A stretch of 42,131 nt of DNA, taken from Bipalium vagum. Taxonomy: Eukaryota. Position numbers and translations under genes: made by a program. The notes beneath the pieces are model-generated. The model was not told the DNA's origin. It ran no database searches and saw only the letters and a list, made by a program, of their open reading frames with translations. Location: the NCBI GenBank assembly GCA_037834085.1, contig JBBMKC010262065.1, forward strand, positions 1-42,131, in the 5' to 3' direction. Below, one piece after another: positions 14,001 through 25,000 of the stretch; within the stretch, counting starts at the first letter, position 1, and every line of letters starts with the position of its first letter.

Positions 14001-17000
14001 TCCATTGAAAGATCCGTCTTTGATTTCGAAGCATAAAATTCCTATAAATTTGATTTAATAAAAGACAGATGACAAAACAATGAAACCTGACATTTTAATA
14101 GCAACCGTGCAGCTGATATGTGACTAAAATGTGATCAAATTTAAATAGAAAAAATCGATTTTTTTTAATATATTTCTAAATGATTTTCTATATATTTCTG
14201 AATAATTTTCTATATATTTTGAATAATTTTCTATATATTTTGAATATAATTATATATATTTTTGCATATAATTTTACAATTAACTTTTAATTGTTTACAA
14301 CTCCAGATTAATTAGAAAATTTCTTACTTTAGTTTCTATATATTAATTTCATTTTCCAGACGTTATCTCTCATATTTTTTCGAAATCATGTATATATAAT
14401 TATATTTCATAGTTTTCCTCTTAATCGTTCCATCAAATCTTTCCAATTTTTTCTATTGTCAAAGCAATTATTCTTCGTGTATTCCTTGCTTGTTGATATT
14501 CTAAATATCATCTGTCTTGTTGCTTTTATCGTGTACTGAGTATATGCTATCTTGGTACTCCAATTCTTCCACCCATGTTCATGCGTCAATACAATCTGTC
14601 CTTGTACAGAATTGTCCTTCTATGAGACGCCATTATTGTTATGAGGCTTGTTTTCGGAAAGAGTAGTTGAATTCATATTCATTGGGTTCATAAGATTGGT
14701 GTGGTTATTCAATTCAAAGGTTTTACTTTTATCTACCTGAAAATCTTTGGATAAATTTATCCATTATTACTTTTTATCGACCTATCATCTTGTTTATTGG
14801 TGTTTAATTTAATTTACTGTAATTAATCTTGACGTTATAATATTTTTTAAATATTAAATTACATTTTATCTTTATAGGTAAATAATATTATCGAAAAGAA
14901 GAATGAATCAGTAAAAAAGCTAGAAGAGATGAAAATTGAATTTGATTTAATTTCAAAGGAACTGGAATATAACAAAATAGACAAAAAAAATTATGAACAA
15001 ATTATCAAAACTCAGAAAATAGAAATTGATAGTGCGAAGACTGATAATTCATATATAAATAACATAATAGGTTTGTATATTTGTCTTACTATTATAACCT
15101 CATGAAAAATAAATTATTATTTTATTATTATCAGATTTTTTATTATTACATCAAATTTTGTTTATTTAGAAAATAGAAATAATGAAATTGAACGGTTAAC
15201 AGCTGAGCGAGATTACTACTTTCAAATTTTAAATGAAAAAACGGAAGATTTAACTAATGTGAAAGGAGAGAAAGATAGATTACTCTTAATGGTAACATTA
15301 GTAATTGTATTCTTAATAATATAATATAATTCTTTTCGTTTAACCTCAAATCAACTTTATATTTTAAGCAAAAAATAATTCGAAAATTTTTATTTGAAGT
15401 TACGAAATATAAAGCTGGAATACTTAGCTGTATTGTTAGTTGAAAATATATTGATCTGTTATGAACATAAATGGTGTCATAATTTCAATTTGTCATAGAA
15501 GTTACCAAATTTTCAAGTTTATATTTATCTTCTAAACAACTAATGACCACCGATTGCAACTAAATAAAAGTGAATTGCTTTTCACTAGCATAAACCTTAC
15601 GAACAATCACTCCCCATAAGTTTTCAGTGAGATATAGATTCGATGATTACAGTTCATAATTTGAATATTCCAATTTAGTGATAAATGAAAGTAGATTGTC
15701 TGTTAAGTGTTTCTGATACTCATTGATTTTGATTACCGGAAAGTATTGCTAGACTCGGCTTGACACTGAAGTTAAAATATATTAAAATCATAAAAGAGCC
15801 TCCGCCAGTGTGTTTGAAAAAATAGTAGGCATAGCCAAATTAAACTTCTTGTCACTACAGATGATATGCTATATACAGATTGTTAGTGAAAATTAATCGG
15901 ATACCGGGATTCAAACCCGGGACCTTCACATGCGCATGCACTGCTCTGACCGCTGAGCTACATCCCCCGACTAACTTTCTATTTATCTCACAACCCCCTC
16001 CTTTAAAGCTCACATCCATATCCTTAACCGCCCCGAGTCTCTTTACTTCTATTTCCATTCAATTCCTTTACATTTTTACTTCCGAGACCTCGTCCGCTGG
16101 TTGGTGTCCTGATGTGGTCGCCATGTTAGTGAAAATTAATCGGAGATACCGGGACCTTCACATGCGCATGCACTGCTCTGACCCCTGAGCTACATCCCCC
16201 GACTAACTTTCAATTTATCTCACACAGATGATTCGTTTTATGTTATACTTTGTACTATCAGCAACTAAAAATATTATTTAAAGATTAATTTCTTTTTAAA
16301 TTAATCAAAATCTTAATTTTAAAATGTGTGGCAATTAATTTGTGTCGCATGGTATAGGATGCGTAAGATATTTGAGGACACATTGATGTCTCAGGGAAAA
16401 CAGAAATCTAATAAAAACTATGAACTTTATTGATAAAAAATTAATTAAGTTTTTTCAAAATTTTTTTCAAAAAAACCACCACCAGCTTGGATCGCTGCTT
16501 CCATACGAGGTCGAAATTTCCTTCATAACTTAACTAGTCATCGAAATATTTAGTCAAAATTTATTGAGAAAAAATTGTTGGGTCATCTTGTGAAGTTAAT
16601 TGATAAGAAAGCTAAAAGTACATTTGTTTGAACTTATTCATTTCCATTAAAAAATTAAATTTCTTATATGGGGTGAACAGACTTTTTACGAGAGCTGTAA
16701 AAAATAACAAAATATAAATTTCATACAATGTTCATAAAAATGTTCTTTGTTATTGTGAGAATTGTTGAAAAAGAAATATTGATTACTGACAAATGCAAAA
16801 GATTTTATCTAGGATTTTTTTCATATCTATATCTATTTTATATATGTATTTTATATGAAATTTATGATGTAGTTTTAATATCTACTACTAATAATGATTG
16901 GAACAAGATCGAACTTTAAAAGAAAAATATTTCTAGAAGCATCCTTGAAGACTTTTGACTACCTTTCCAAATCAATTTTTTGTGTAAATAAAATGGCCTA

Positions 17001-19226
17001 TATTAAAGATGAATTGGTTGTTATATCTCAAAATGAGACTAAGGAATATATTCAAAAATGTCTTTATATTTATTGAAAATGTAATTTATGGTAATGTAAT
17101 AATTTTTTGTAATACTGATGTTTAGTGTATAAATAAATAATATAACCTTTTCTAATAATTAATTTATAACATATTGTGAAATTATTAAAAACAGGTTTAA
17201 ATTAAAAATATATTTTGCTATAGCTGGAGGAATGTTGTCAAAAATTAGATTTACAAAATGAAATACATAATTCAAATCAAAACAATTTCTCAATGCAATT
17301 CCAGAAAAATGATAAATCCTTAAGTAAAAATGAAGATAAAATGAAAGTACAACATTCTTATGAAGATTTGTTGAAAATGTATGAAGATCAAACTGTGTGT
17401 AATGAACACATGCAACAAAAAAACAGTATATTATTGCTTTACTTTAAAAATTTTCTTATTTTAAAGATTAGATCATCTTCAAACAAAACTTAAAGATTTA
17501 TACTTGGGATATGACAAACTTATCGTTGAAAACAAATTATTGATTTGTAAACTAAAAGACTTTGAATCTGAAGTTTGAATTTTTTTCCATTACATTAATT
17601 ATACTTTATAATGTTTTTTTTATTTATTTTTTAGAAAGAATATTTTACGGAAGAACTTGAAAATAGTAAAAAATGTACACTGATAAAAGATTTAAATTTT
17701 AAGAAAAATTTGTGTGGCCCCAATACAGATACATCAAGTATATTTAAGTTAACTTATTAATTTTTAAGCTATAAAACAAATTTCAGCTATAAAATTTAAT
17801 ATGAAAATGTACCATTTAAAAAAATATTAATCAGGAGATTGAAGATATAATTATCAAAGAAAAAAGCGATGAGCTAAAATAATCGATTTCCTACCAATTG
17901 TAACTGAAAAATAATAAAATTGTAAACATTCCTTAGTTTTTTTTACTGTATCATTTATTTTATGGTAGCTTTTGAATTGATTATAAATCTAACCAATCAG
18001 AACCATTGGTTTATTATAAGTCATTATATGAACATCGTTTTTGCTTTCTGCTGTTCAGTATTACTACTTTGACAGCATGTTAAACTTTTACTTTCATAAT
18101 TGTTTGCTGATATTTTCAAAAAAATTATTTTGATCTGAAATAATTAAAAATCTTTTTAGGTTTTAAAAATGAAATAAAAATAATCCCAAGCGAAATAATA
18201 ACACAAAATAAAGATATTAAATCAAGTATGTTAAATGTTAATTTTTAAATACAATATATTATAATTATCCATTACTAACTGTTAATGATTTATCAGATGC
18301 AACTCCAAACAGTGACGATTCAAGACAAAAAATAAATCTTTTGAAAAAATTTGAACAGTCTCCGCATACTCAAAATGAAGTTGATGAGAAAAATAAACGA
18401 TTGACAAATCTGTTGAGGGAAGTTACAATTCAAAATGATAGAATGGCAAAAGTGGGAAACAATTTTATGGAAAATTATTGAAATTCTATTAAGGAACTTG
18501 AAGAAAACATAGAATTAAGAGATAAAAGCCAATGGAAAAATGTAGAAAAAATAAGCAGAAAATTTCAATTTTCAGAAATATGTAACAAGTATTTAAATCA
18601 TTTAAAGTTTAACTTTTTATGTGTCCTGTAACCTTTTAAAAATGAGTCTTAAAACATCGATAATTTCTGATTAACATAAAAGTAATGTACTGAAACTGTT
18701 TTTTATATTTTTTGAAAAATGAAATTTAAAAATTAATAAAAAATTTTTTCATTAAGTAATTTTATTTTGATTCTGTGGCCATTGGAAGGAAGAAATTTTA
18801 ATATCCAAATTTTGTCACAAAAGAATATCAATTTAATTCTCTTATTATTAGGCAGTTTTTGAATCAATAGTTATTTATCTCACAGAAACTTATTTGAATA
18901 TGTAATTCAAGAGATCTCTAATGTTCTTAAAATGAAATAATCATTTGCTTTTAATTGTAGTGAAACCTCTTGCCATTAATTACAACTAATTTTTATCTTT
19001 CAGAGCTCCTTCAGATATGATTAGAAAGAAAAATAAGAACGGTAATGAATCATTCTTGAAACAAATAAGACTTAGAATTTTTTCAGAACATATTTATGAA
19101 CTTAGGGAAGACCTACAAGAATCAATTAAAGCAGCAATGAAGATGTTATCTTCTAAAACAATTAAAAATTTCAATGACAATAATAATTACAAATCTGAAG
19201 ATCTTAATAAAAAGAAAATAGTATGA
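2070..19226 (+). CDS. Multi-exon long coiled-coil protein, ~950-960 aa; weak resemblance to CCDC158-like proteins; 5' end may be incomplete
   Basis: GT-AG exons in continuous phase: 2070-2269, 2314-2348, 2394-2461, 3358-3487, 3531-3735(?), 5435-5469, 5536-5846, 7458-7656, 12674-12820, 12866-13168, 14878-15070, 15170-15291, 17224-17425, 17472-17572, 17635-17737, 18160-18225, 18297-18451, 18494-18588, 19004-19226 (TGA). Composition is E/K/L/Q heptad-rich. First in-frame ATG at 2122; AATAAA at ~19248. Confidence 0.8.
2955..3186 (+). mobile_element. hAT-Charlie/Buster-type 3' remnant
   Basis: C-terminus [14 protein letters not shown] resembles the Charlie/Buster ..KQAQGSH* ending; terminus AAAAAGGTTGAGAACCACTG is the reverse complement of CAGTGGTTCTCAACC. 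Confidence 0.7.
3960..5260 (-). mobile_element. Full-length decayed mariner (DD34D), ~1.3 kb
   Basis: TIRs TATTGCGTTCATTCATAAGTTCGTGCGTTTT / AAAACGCACGAACTATGAATCAACCCAATA with TA at both ends; motifs [43 protein letters not shown]. Confidence 0.93.
6074..7070 (+). mobile_element. Decayed mariner (DD34D), 3'-truncated
   Basis: Left TIR TATTAGGTTGGGATATAA; ORF 6407-6709 has HTH, PHQLTE and [10 protein letters not shown]; downstream QDNAKP and [12 protein letters not shown]. Confidence 0.88.
8085..8300 (+). mobile_element. Tc1/mariner N-terminal fragment (DD41D/DD37D-like HTH)
   Basis: CAGGG-like start and the peptide [15 protein letters not shown]. Confidence 0.4.
8338..8466. mobile_element. 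~125 bp MITE-like element sharing TIRs with the adjacent IS630-like transposon
   Basis: Left AGGGTTTTCATCTCAATTTA; right, reverse-complemented, AGGGCTTACATCTCAATTTAGTTT; internal AATTTAGT repeats; TA at the ends. Confidence 0.7.
8897..10284 (+). mobile_element. Tc1-like element (IR/DR-type ends), decayed
   Basis: TIRs CTGATGAGCAAATTTTTTGGCCACC / GGTGGCCAATAAATTTCCTCATCAG; inner repeats at ~9041 and ~10098; ORF 9128 with IFSD, then QDN and [13 protein letters not shown]. Confidence 0.9.
10400..11590 (+). mobile_element. Tc3-like Tc1 element lacking its left TIR
   Basis: [43 protein letters not shown]; right TIR GTGCGGCAATTAATTTGTGGCGCACTG followed by TA; inner repeat at ~11402. Confidence 0.9.
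13569..14275 (-). mobile_element. Internally deleted IS630/Tc1-like element with long tandem-repeat TIRs
   Basis: Peptide [19 protein letters not shown]; ~21-22 bp unit TTCAGAAATATATAGAAAAATA about 5 times at 13578-13675, inverted copies at 14170-14266. Confidence 0.82.
14400..14790 (-). mobile_element. Ty3/Gypsy integrase remnant
   Basis: Degenerate [17 protein letters not shown] (cf. NG.IERQFRT) and [18 protein letters not shown]. Confidence 0.5.
15899..15967 (-). pseudogene. tRNA-Ala-like sequence (Pol III A/B boxes) inside the 3' LTR; not a functional tRNA
   Basis: GGGGATGTAGCTCAGCGGTCAGAGC..CGCATG..GGTCCCGGGTTTGAATCCCGGTATC; D stem GCTC/GAGC and T stem CCGGG/CCCGG intact; anticodon stem does not pair canonically. 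Confidence 0.85.
16142..16199 (-). pseudogene. tRNA-Ala-like sequence inside the 5' LTR (T-loop/B box deleted)
   Basis: Same sequence with a 13-nt deletion; acceptor stem GGGGATG/TATCTCC is complete. Confidence 0.8.
16355..16545 (-). mobile_element. DD37D (maT)-like 3' remnant
   Basis: C-terminal peptide [16 protein letters not shown]. Confidence 0.5.
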
Positions 19227-19912
19227 TTTGACCATTTTTGTGTCTCAAATAAAACTTGACCTTATACATTTCTGGGATATTTCGTGCACAATGTAATCGA
19301 TCTTAAATTTTGTTGACCATAAATAATTTTTTAAACGAAAATAGTAATTAATCGTTTATAAAATTGGAAAATATATATATACTGACTTCATACAATTTTG
19401 AAGTTTATGTGATATATTAAATTGTGATAACTATAATTGACAGATTAGTTAATCTTTTTAAAAAGTATTTCATTGAAATCTTTAGCTTTTTAAAAACAAT
19501 TATGCCAAAATTATTAAAATGATCATTTATAATACAATAGAATCTGGATAATGTTATTAAAAATGGTAGGTCCCAACGTGATCACATTACGAGAATTCTA
19601 AGGTATATAAAAGGTTGACAAGACCTGGTTCTTTCAATGAATCAAGAATTTATTTATAAAAATATCTATAATCATGTAAATTCATTAATAATAAATAGTA
19701 GGATTTCTTGACTTGCCTGCTCTGAAGAAAATTTCATATTGTTCAGAATTCATCAGTTTCTAGTACCATGTTTTTCATCCGTTAAAATTATTTTAAGCAT
19801 TATATAAGAATCAATTGTTTTTTTTCATTTTAATGCTACTCTAGCACATTTATCATGTCGGTGTTGAACAAAACATCAATTATCTATCTAAATAATAATA
19901 CTATTATATATA

Positions 19913-21390
19913 CACTTCAATAATTATCCGTACGATTATATTGCAAATAATAAAATAACATTTTAAGAAAAAGTTATTTGAATATTTTTAAGACTATTGT
20001 TTCTAAGTATAATAACCAATGCTACATATTTAAAAAACAATGACAGAATGAAAATAGTTTGTTTTACAAATATAAGCATAATTATTTGAGAAGTTTAAAA
20101 ATAAGTGAAAAAAATATCCGTACGAATATATTTATGTTAAACAGAAAAACAATAAGTAACAAAATTTTGTTCTTAATAATTAATTGGTCACCTCTTTCTT
20201 AATACTCATGTCACAGCGCTTATTCATAGAACTGACCACGTTATTACAAAAATATGGAATAATTTTGTGCCATTCCTCCAAGATACATTTTTTCAGCATG
20301 ATTTTTCCAGTAATTTACTTCTTCAGTTTTCTCTTCAATAGAGCCAATAAATTTTCAATTGGATTCACATCAGGTTATTGCCAAATCCATTTCATGACAT
20401 ATACCGGATTCGTGAACCCAATGAGTAATAATTTTGATTTGGTCTCTGTCGTTTTAGAATTTGAAGTCAGTCTCAAGATCCAGGTGATGGGCAGACTCTT
20501 TTTTAAAATAATCTTGCTTATACATTAATTATACTAATTTTCGAATTGCACAATTTAAAAACATTCCCAGACCATAACTGATATATTACCATGCTTCACC
20601 GCCGGACTGTATTATAATTTCATTTCTTCCCGGTTTACACTAAACATTAACCTTTCCATCCGACCAAAAAACGTTAATTTTACATTCGTCAGACCAAAGG
20701 ACTTCATTCCAGTCGGTTGAATGATTGAGAAGTTCTTTGACCCATGTAACATGGGTTTTCCGATTATTCTTTGAAATTAATAGTTTTTTGTGCCATACAT
20801 GAAACCCTATCTCTGAAAATCGATTTCTCACAGTTGACTGGAAAATTGATATGCCATTGTCTTTTTTAATTTCTATGCTTACTTTTTCAGCTGGTATCCT
20901 CCGATTTTTTTTCATAATTCTTTGAATTATTCTATCTTCTTTGATTGTTGTTAGTCTAGGTCTTCCTCTCCCAGGTCTAGTATTTACGCTGCTATCATGA
21001 GAAAACTTTTCCAACATATACTAGACGCTAGATGTCTGTTCGGAAGTCTGTAGAGCAGAAAAAAATAATCAATTCGGAAATAGAAATCCTGTAAAAACCT
21101 TGTAAAGTTATATACATTAAAAATCTACTTTTATTTACAAAAATAAAACGTTTAAACAATAATTTTTAAGATTTAACATAAATATAATGCTATTTCCTTA
21201 AAAGGTTAAGGTCATACGGAAAATTATTATATATTAATAATCAGAAAATTCGAATTTAAAAAATTTCATTATTAAAAATCGACACCAACCTTTATAAATA
21301 AACGCATTAATAATTATAAACGCCGAAAACTTGTTTTTCTTTAAAAAAATTGTTTCAAACTTATAATCGTACAGATAATATAAACCAGTG
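19913..21390 (-). mobile_element. Tc1 element (IR/DR-type), decayed, between the convergent genes
   Basis: TIRs CACTTCAATAATTATCCGTACGATTATA / TATAATCGTACAGATAATATAAACCAGTG; inner repeats at ~20114 and ~21213; ORF with GRGRPRLTT and WSDECK; PDVNPIENL. Confidence 0.9.
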
Positions 21391-22073
21391 ATGAAAAATG
21401 ACTTATAGAAATATTAAACACGAAACAACCAGATTTGCATATAACTGTAAGTTTACATATTTTAATTGAGAAAAATAAATATCTTGTAAACTTTTGCTAA
21501 CATTTAATAGCAGCGTATTATAAATTTTTTAAAATATCCAATGTAAATATAAAAAGGAGAATTTTTAAAATGTTATTTATTTTCAGTTAACTTTCGTTGA
21601 CATTGCAAGAAGCTAATTCAGAAGTCTAGATTCTAGATTACCAAAAAATCAGGAAGAATAAATTGAAATGAAGTTTATTTATTTTACTTTTATCCTACTA
21701 ACAATAGACAAAAAATTATACAATTCTTGATATTTTATTATGCAATACAGTAGAATTAATAAAATAACAATAATTAACAAGATTTTCGCAAAATGTATGA
21801 ATTATTCGAATATATACACATTGTTTGTTTTGGTAAAGCCGCAAATTTTTATGGTATCAATTAAAAAAGCAAATAATAAATTTAATCATAAAGTATAATA
21901 TACAATACTATTTACACAATCAATATATTTGAAAGCACTATTTAGTTTTTGTGGTAATTGATTAAAGACAATGGTATTAAAGTCTTCAACTTCCACCAAT
22001 TAATCTACATTAATAGTTATCACGATCTGCTGCAGAGATTATTTTAAGAAATTGATTTGTTCAGTAATAACAA

Positions 22074-25000
22074 TTACAGTTCAACTTCTTTAGATGAAAG
22101 GTCGGAATTTTTTGAATCATAATTCAATTGGAAACTAGAATGTGACAAATTATTACAAGCAATACACAGGGAGTGGTGATAAGATTTTCGAACACCATAT
22201 ATTGGAGAATGGGTTTTTGGAGATTCTACGTAAAAATCTCGTAATGAATCTGAATTTTCAAAATCAATTTTAAGATCCAATAGATTCGTTCTATTTGTTT
22301 TAAAATTAAAGCCGTTAAAGACCCATGGATTATAAGAATGAATCGAATCTTCATTATTGATTTCATTTTCAGAATGTATTTGACCCTGTAAATTGAAAAT
22401 TATCAATATACTTAATGGTAACTGATTGAAAGAAAAACAAGATAAAATTCAAATATTATAATATTCAATGAATAAATGAGCATAAAGATTAACAGATATT
22501 AGTTATTATAATTTCCGTTTTCTTAAGAATAACTGAAAATGTTTTTTTAATCAACAATAGAAATTACATATTTCATAATGTTGCGAACTGGTCCATTCAT
22601 TTAGTTCAAAATCATGAAGAAACCAAATTATCAATTTAGTTCAAAAGTGCAAAAAATCAAAGTTATGGATTATGTATAGATAAATATTGGGAATTTGATG
22701 TCATTCTTATCTGTTAATTTAGGCTATTTGGTACATTAAATTTTACAAGATTGAAAGTTATTAGAGACTAAATAAATTGTCTAGACAAATATGTGGATTT
22801 GAAATTGATGCAAAATTCACATCGAGTCTTCATGAATTCAAGCTTTGTAAATTTTAAGTCTACTCAAAAACTTATTTCATTCTAGTACCATTTCTTTTCA
22901 GGCTGATAGAATTTTGGTATAGATATATTCTAGTAGAATTGAAATTTTTTAAACTTCTTTCTACAATAAAATTGTGATACCAGACGTTTTTATGGAAAAT
23001 GTAAAATTATAAGATTCTTAAAATCGATGAAAAATATTCAAAAAAAAATTACAGAAAACTAATAATTAATATAAATCAAATAAAAAGTTTAAAAAAATAG
23101 AAATTTTTTCCAACATTTCATCATTATGATTTAAAGAATAAATCCCAATGAATTTTGCTATATTGTACATAACTTTTTCGAAAATAATTTGAAATGTATG
23201 CCTATATTATACACTTAATTTAAAGTCTGGATGAATTTCGCTATGACACGTTATTACCATTTGTATAAATTAAATAAATATATAACTGAAAATTTGAGTC
23301 ATTTATTATAACTTATAAATGAAATGGTAAAATTGTAACTCATCAGATTTTATTAAATGCGTAATAATAAATATTTATTTACTTCTATTTAAAATATATA
23401 AATTTGTGAATTTACTGAATTTTTTTTATTAAACTGATAAATGCATTCCAAGTCTTATTAGAATTTAATGTTCTCCAAATAAATTCTAAAATATTATCAT
23501 TGATATCATCATTGTTTCTGCTTCTTGATTTGATTGACTGTTTTAATCCAGACCTGAATAGTTAATTTTCAAAATGTTAATACTAAACATAAGAAAACCA
23601 AGCTTCTTTGACTGCGTGCAGTCGAACCCTGTTAAAACGAAAACCCCGTTTTAGTGAAAGTAATTCGCGTTCCGGCAATTATAAGACCTTTCACGTGTAA
23701 AAAAACCTCAACTTTAACGAGCCCTAGTCAGAGTAGTCCATGTGCATGTGAAAGGTTCTTGATTCGAATCCCAGTATCTCCCATTAATTTTCAACTAACT
23801 TGGCGACCTAACTTGGATTCCTAAAAATTGAATCCTCTCTTGTATGATCTAAGGCAAATTCTTTTACCAACTAAATGTTGTTTAGATGCATGATTTAATC
23901 GCTTTTGTGATGGACTTGAAATTTTTCTTTTTCAAATAAAAACTCAACGCCTTTATCTTCATCGAAAAAGATGTTATGCAATGCATAAATTGAAGGAAAT
24001 TTTCAACCTTAGATTTATATTATATATAATATGTTTAATTATAAAATTTATATAATAATTTGTCATTTATTATGCAATTAAACCGTAAATCTTAATTTAT
24101 TAATTAGATTTTATTACAACAAAAGATAGTACTCAAATTTGATAAATAGATTGAATAATGTAATTAAGAAAACCAGCAGTTTACTAACGTTTCTGATGAA
24201 GTACAAATGAATATCAAGAAAACTGGATTATCAATTAATAACATTTTTTTTTATTAAAAGAACTCAATATCATTTAATGAACAGGATTTTGTTCAAACAG
24301 ATTAAGCAATTTATTTTCACGAAGCATATGAAAATTCCATTAATTTGAATGTATTATATTATTAACAGATTAAACATTTAAAATTAAGCATTTGTGCATT
24401 TATAGATGCGACCATATAAATATCATTGTTATGAAGCCAAAATAATTTTGAGATGATGAATCATATCTATAAAGTTATAAAATTAGGAACACCATTGTTG
24501 TCTCTAGAACATTAAATATTAAAATTTTTAAAATGCATTTGTGAGGATTGTAAGTAAAAAATTATTTTATTGTTGTGTAAATAATACGGTTATCGGTAAT
24601 TATTTTGTTTTTGAATACACTTTGAAATTTTCTTTATTTGTTATGATTCTAATTATATAAAAAATGAAATTGTCGTAGCTTCCAGCAATAATATAAAATC
24701 AATCATATTTATAAACCCAATAATAAATAAGATTTCAGATAGGCTTCATTCTTCTAATAACCTCAAATTAACTTTTCAAAATAAAGAAAAAATATATTCA
24801 GCTTTGTGAGATGGATACTAAACGAGATATCAAGATTCAATAAACAGTTACATGATATGAGGAGGCTAATCAAGCCTGGGGAATTTTTTAAAAATATTTT
24901 AAAAGTATTATTGACATTTTAAAAAATAAACTTAAAATTTTAATAAAAAAAGGAATTTCCAGGTTTGAGAAAATTTGTTTAAATATTATTTGAATTATCA

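Larger units (their letters stand above)
15881..16224 (-). mobile_element. Complete non-autonomous miniature LTR retrotransposon (TRIM) with tRNA-derived LTRs
   Basis: LTRs 16124-16224 and 15881-15992 (TGTGAG..CTAACA on -); PBS TGGCGACCACATCAGGAC 16106-16123; PPT AAAGGAGGGGG 15994-16004; TSD CAGAT at 15876-15880 and 16225-16229; 131-bp non-coding interior. Confidence 0.92.
15420..16354 (-). mobile_element. Second decayed copy of the Tc3-like family; hosts the TRIM insertion
   Basis: Reverse complement of 15475-15865 aligns by eye with 10810-11320 ([18 protein letters not shown]); same TIR at 16325-16354. Confidence 0.8.

Noticed and set aside
15899-15967. Functional tRNA-Ala gene
   Set aside because: The anticodon stem does not pair, the T-loop has a C-to-T change, the acceptor stem has a deletion, and it is embedded in an LTR
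15855-16188. ORFs 15855-16058 (-) and 15880-16188 (+) as protein genes
   Set aside because: They are artefacts of the GC-richer TRIM; the repeated peptide reflects the LTR duplication
23820-23990. Possible Merlin/IS1595-like N-terminus (ALHNIFFDEDKGVEFLFEK)
   Set aside because: Too short and degenerate to support without a search
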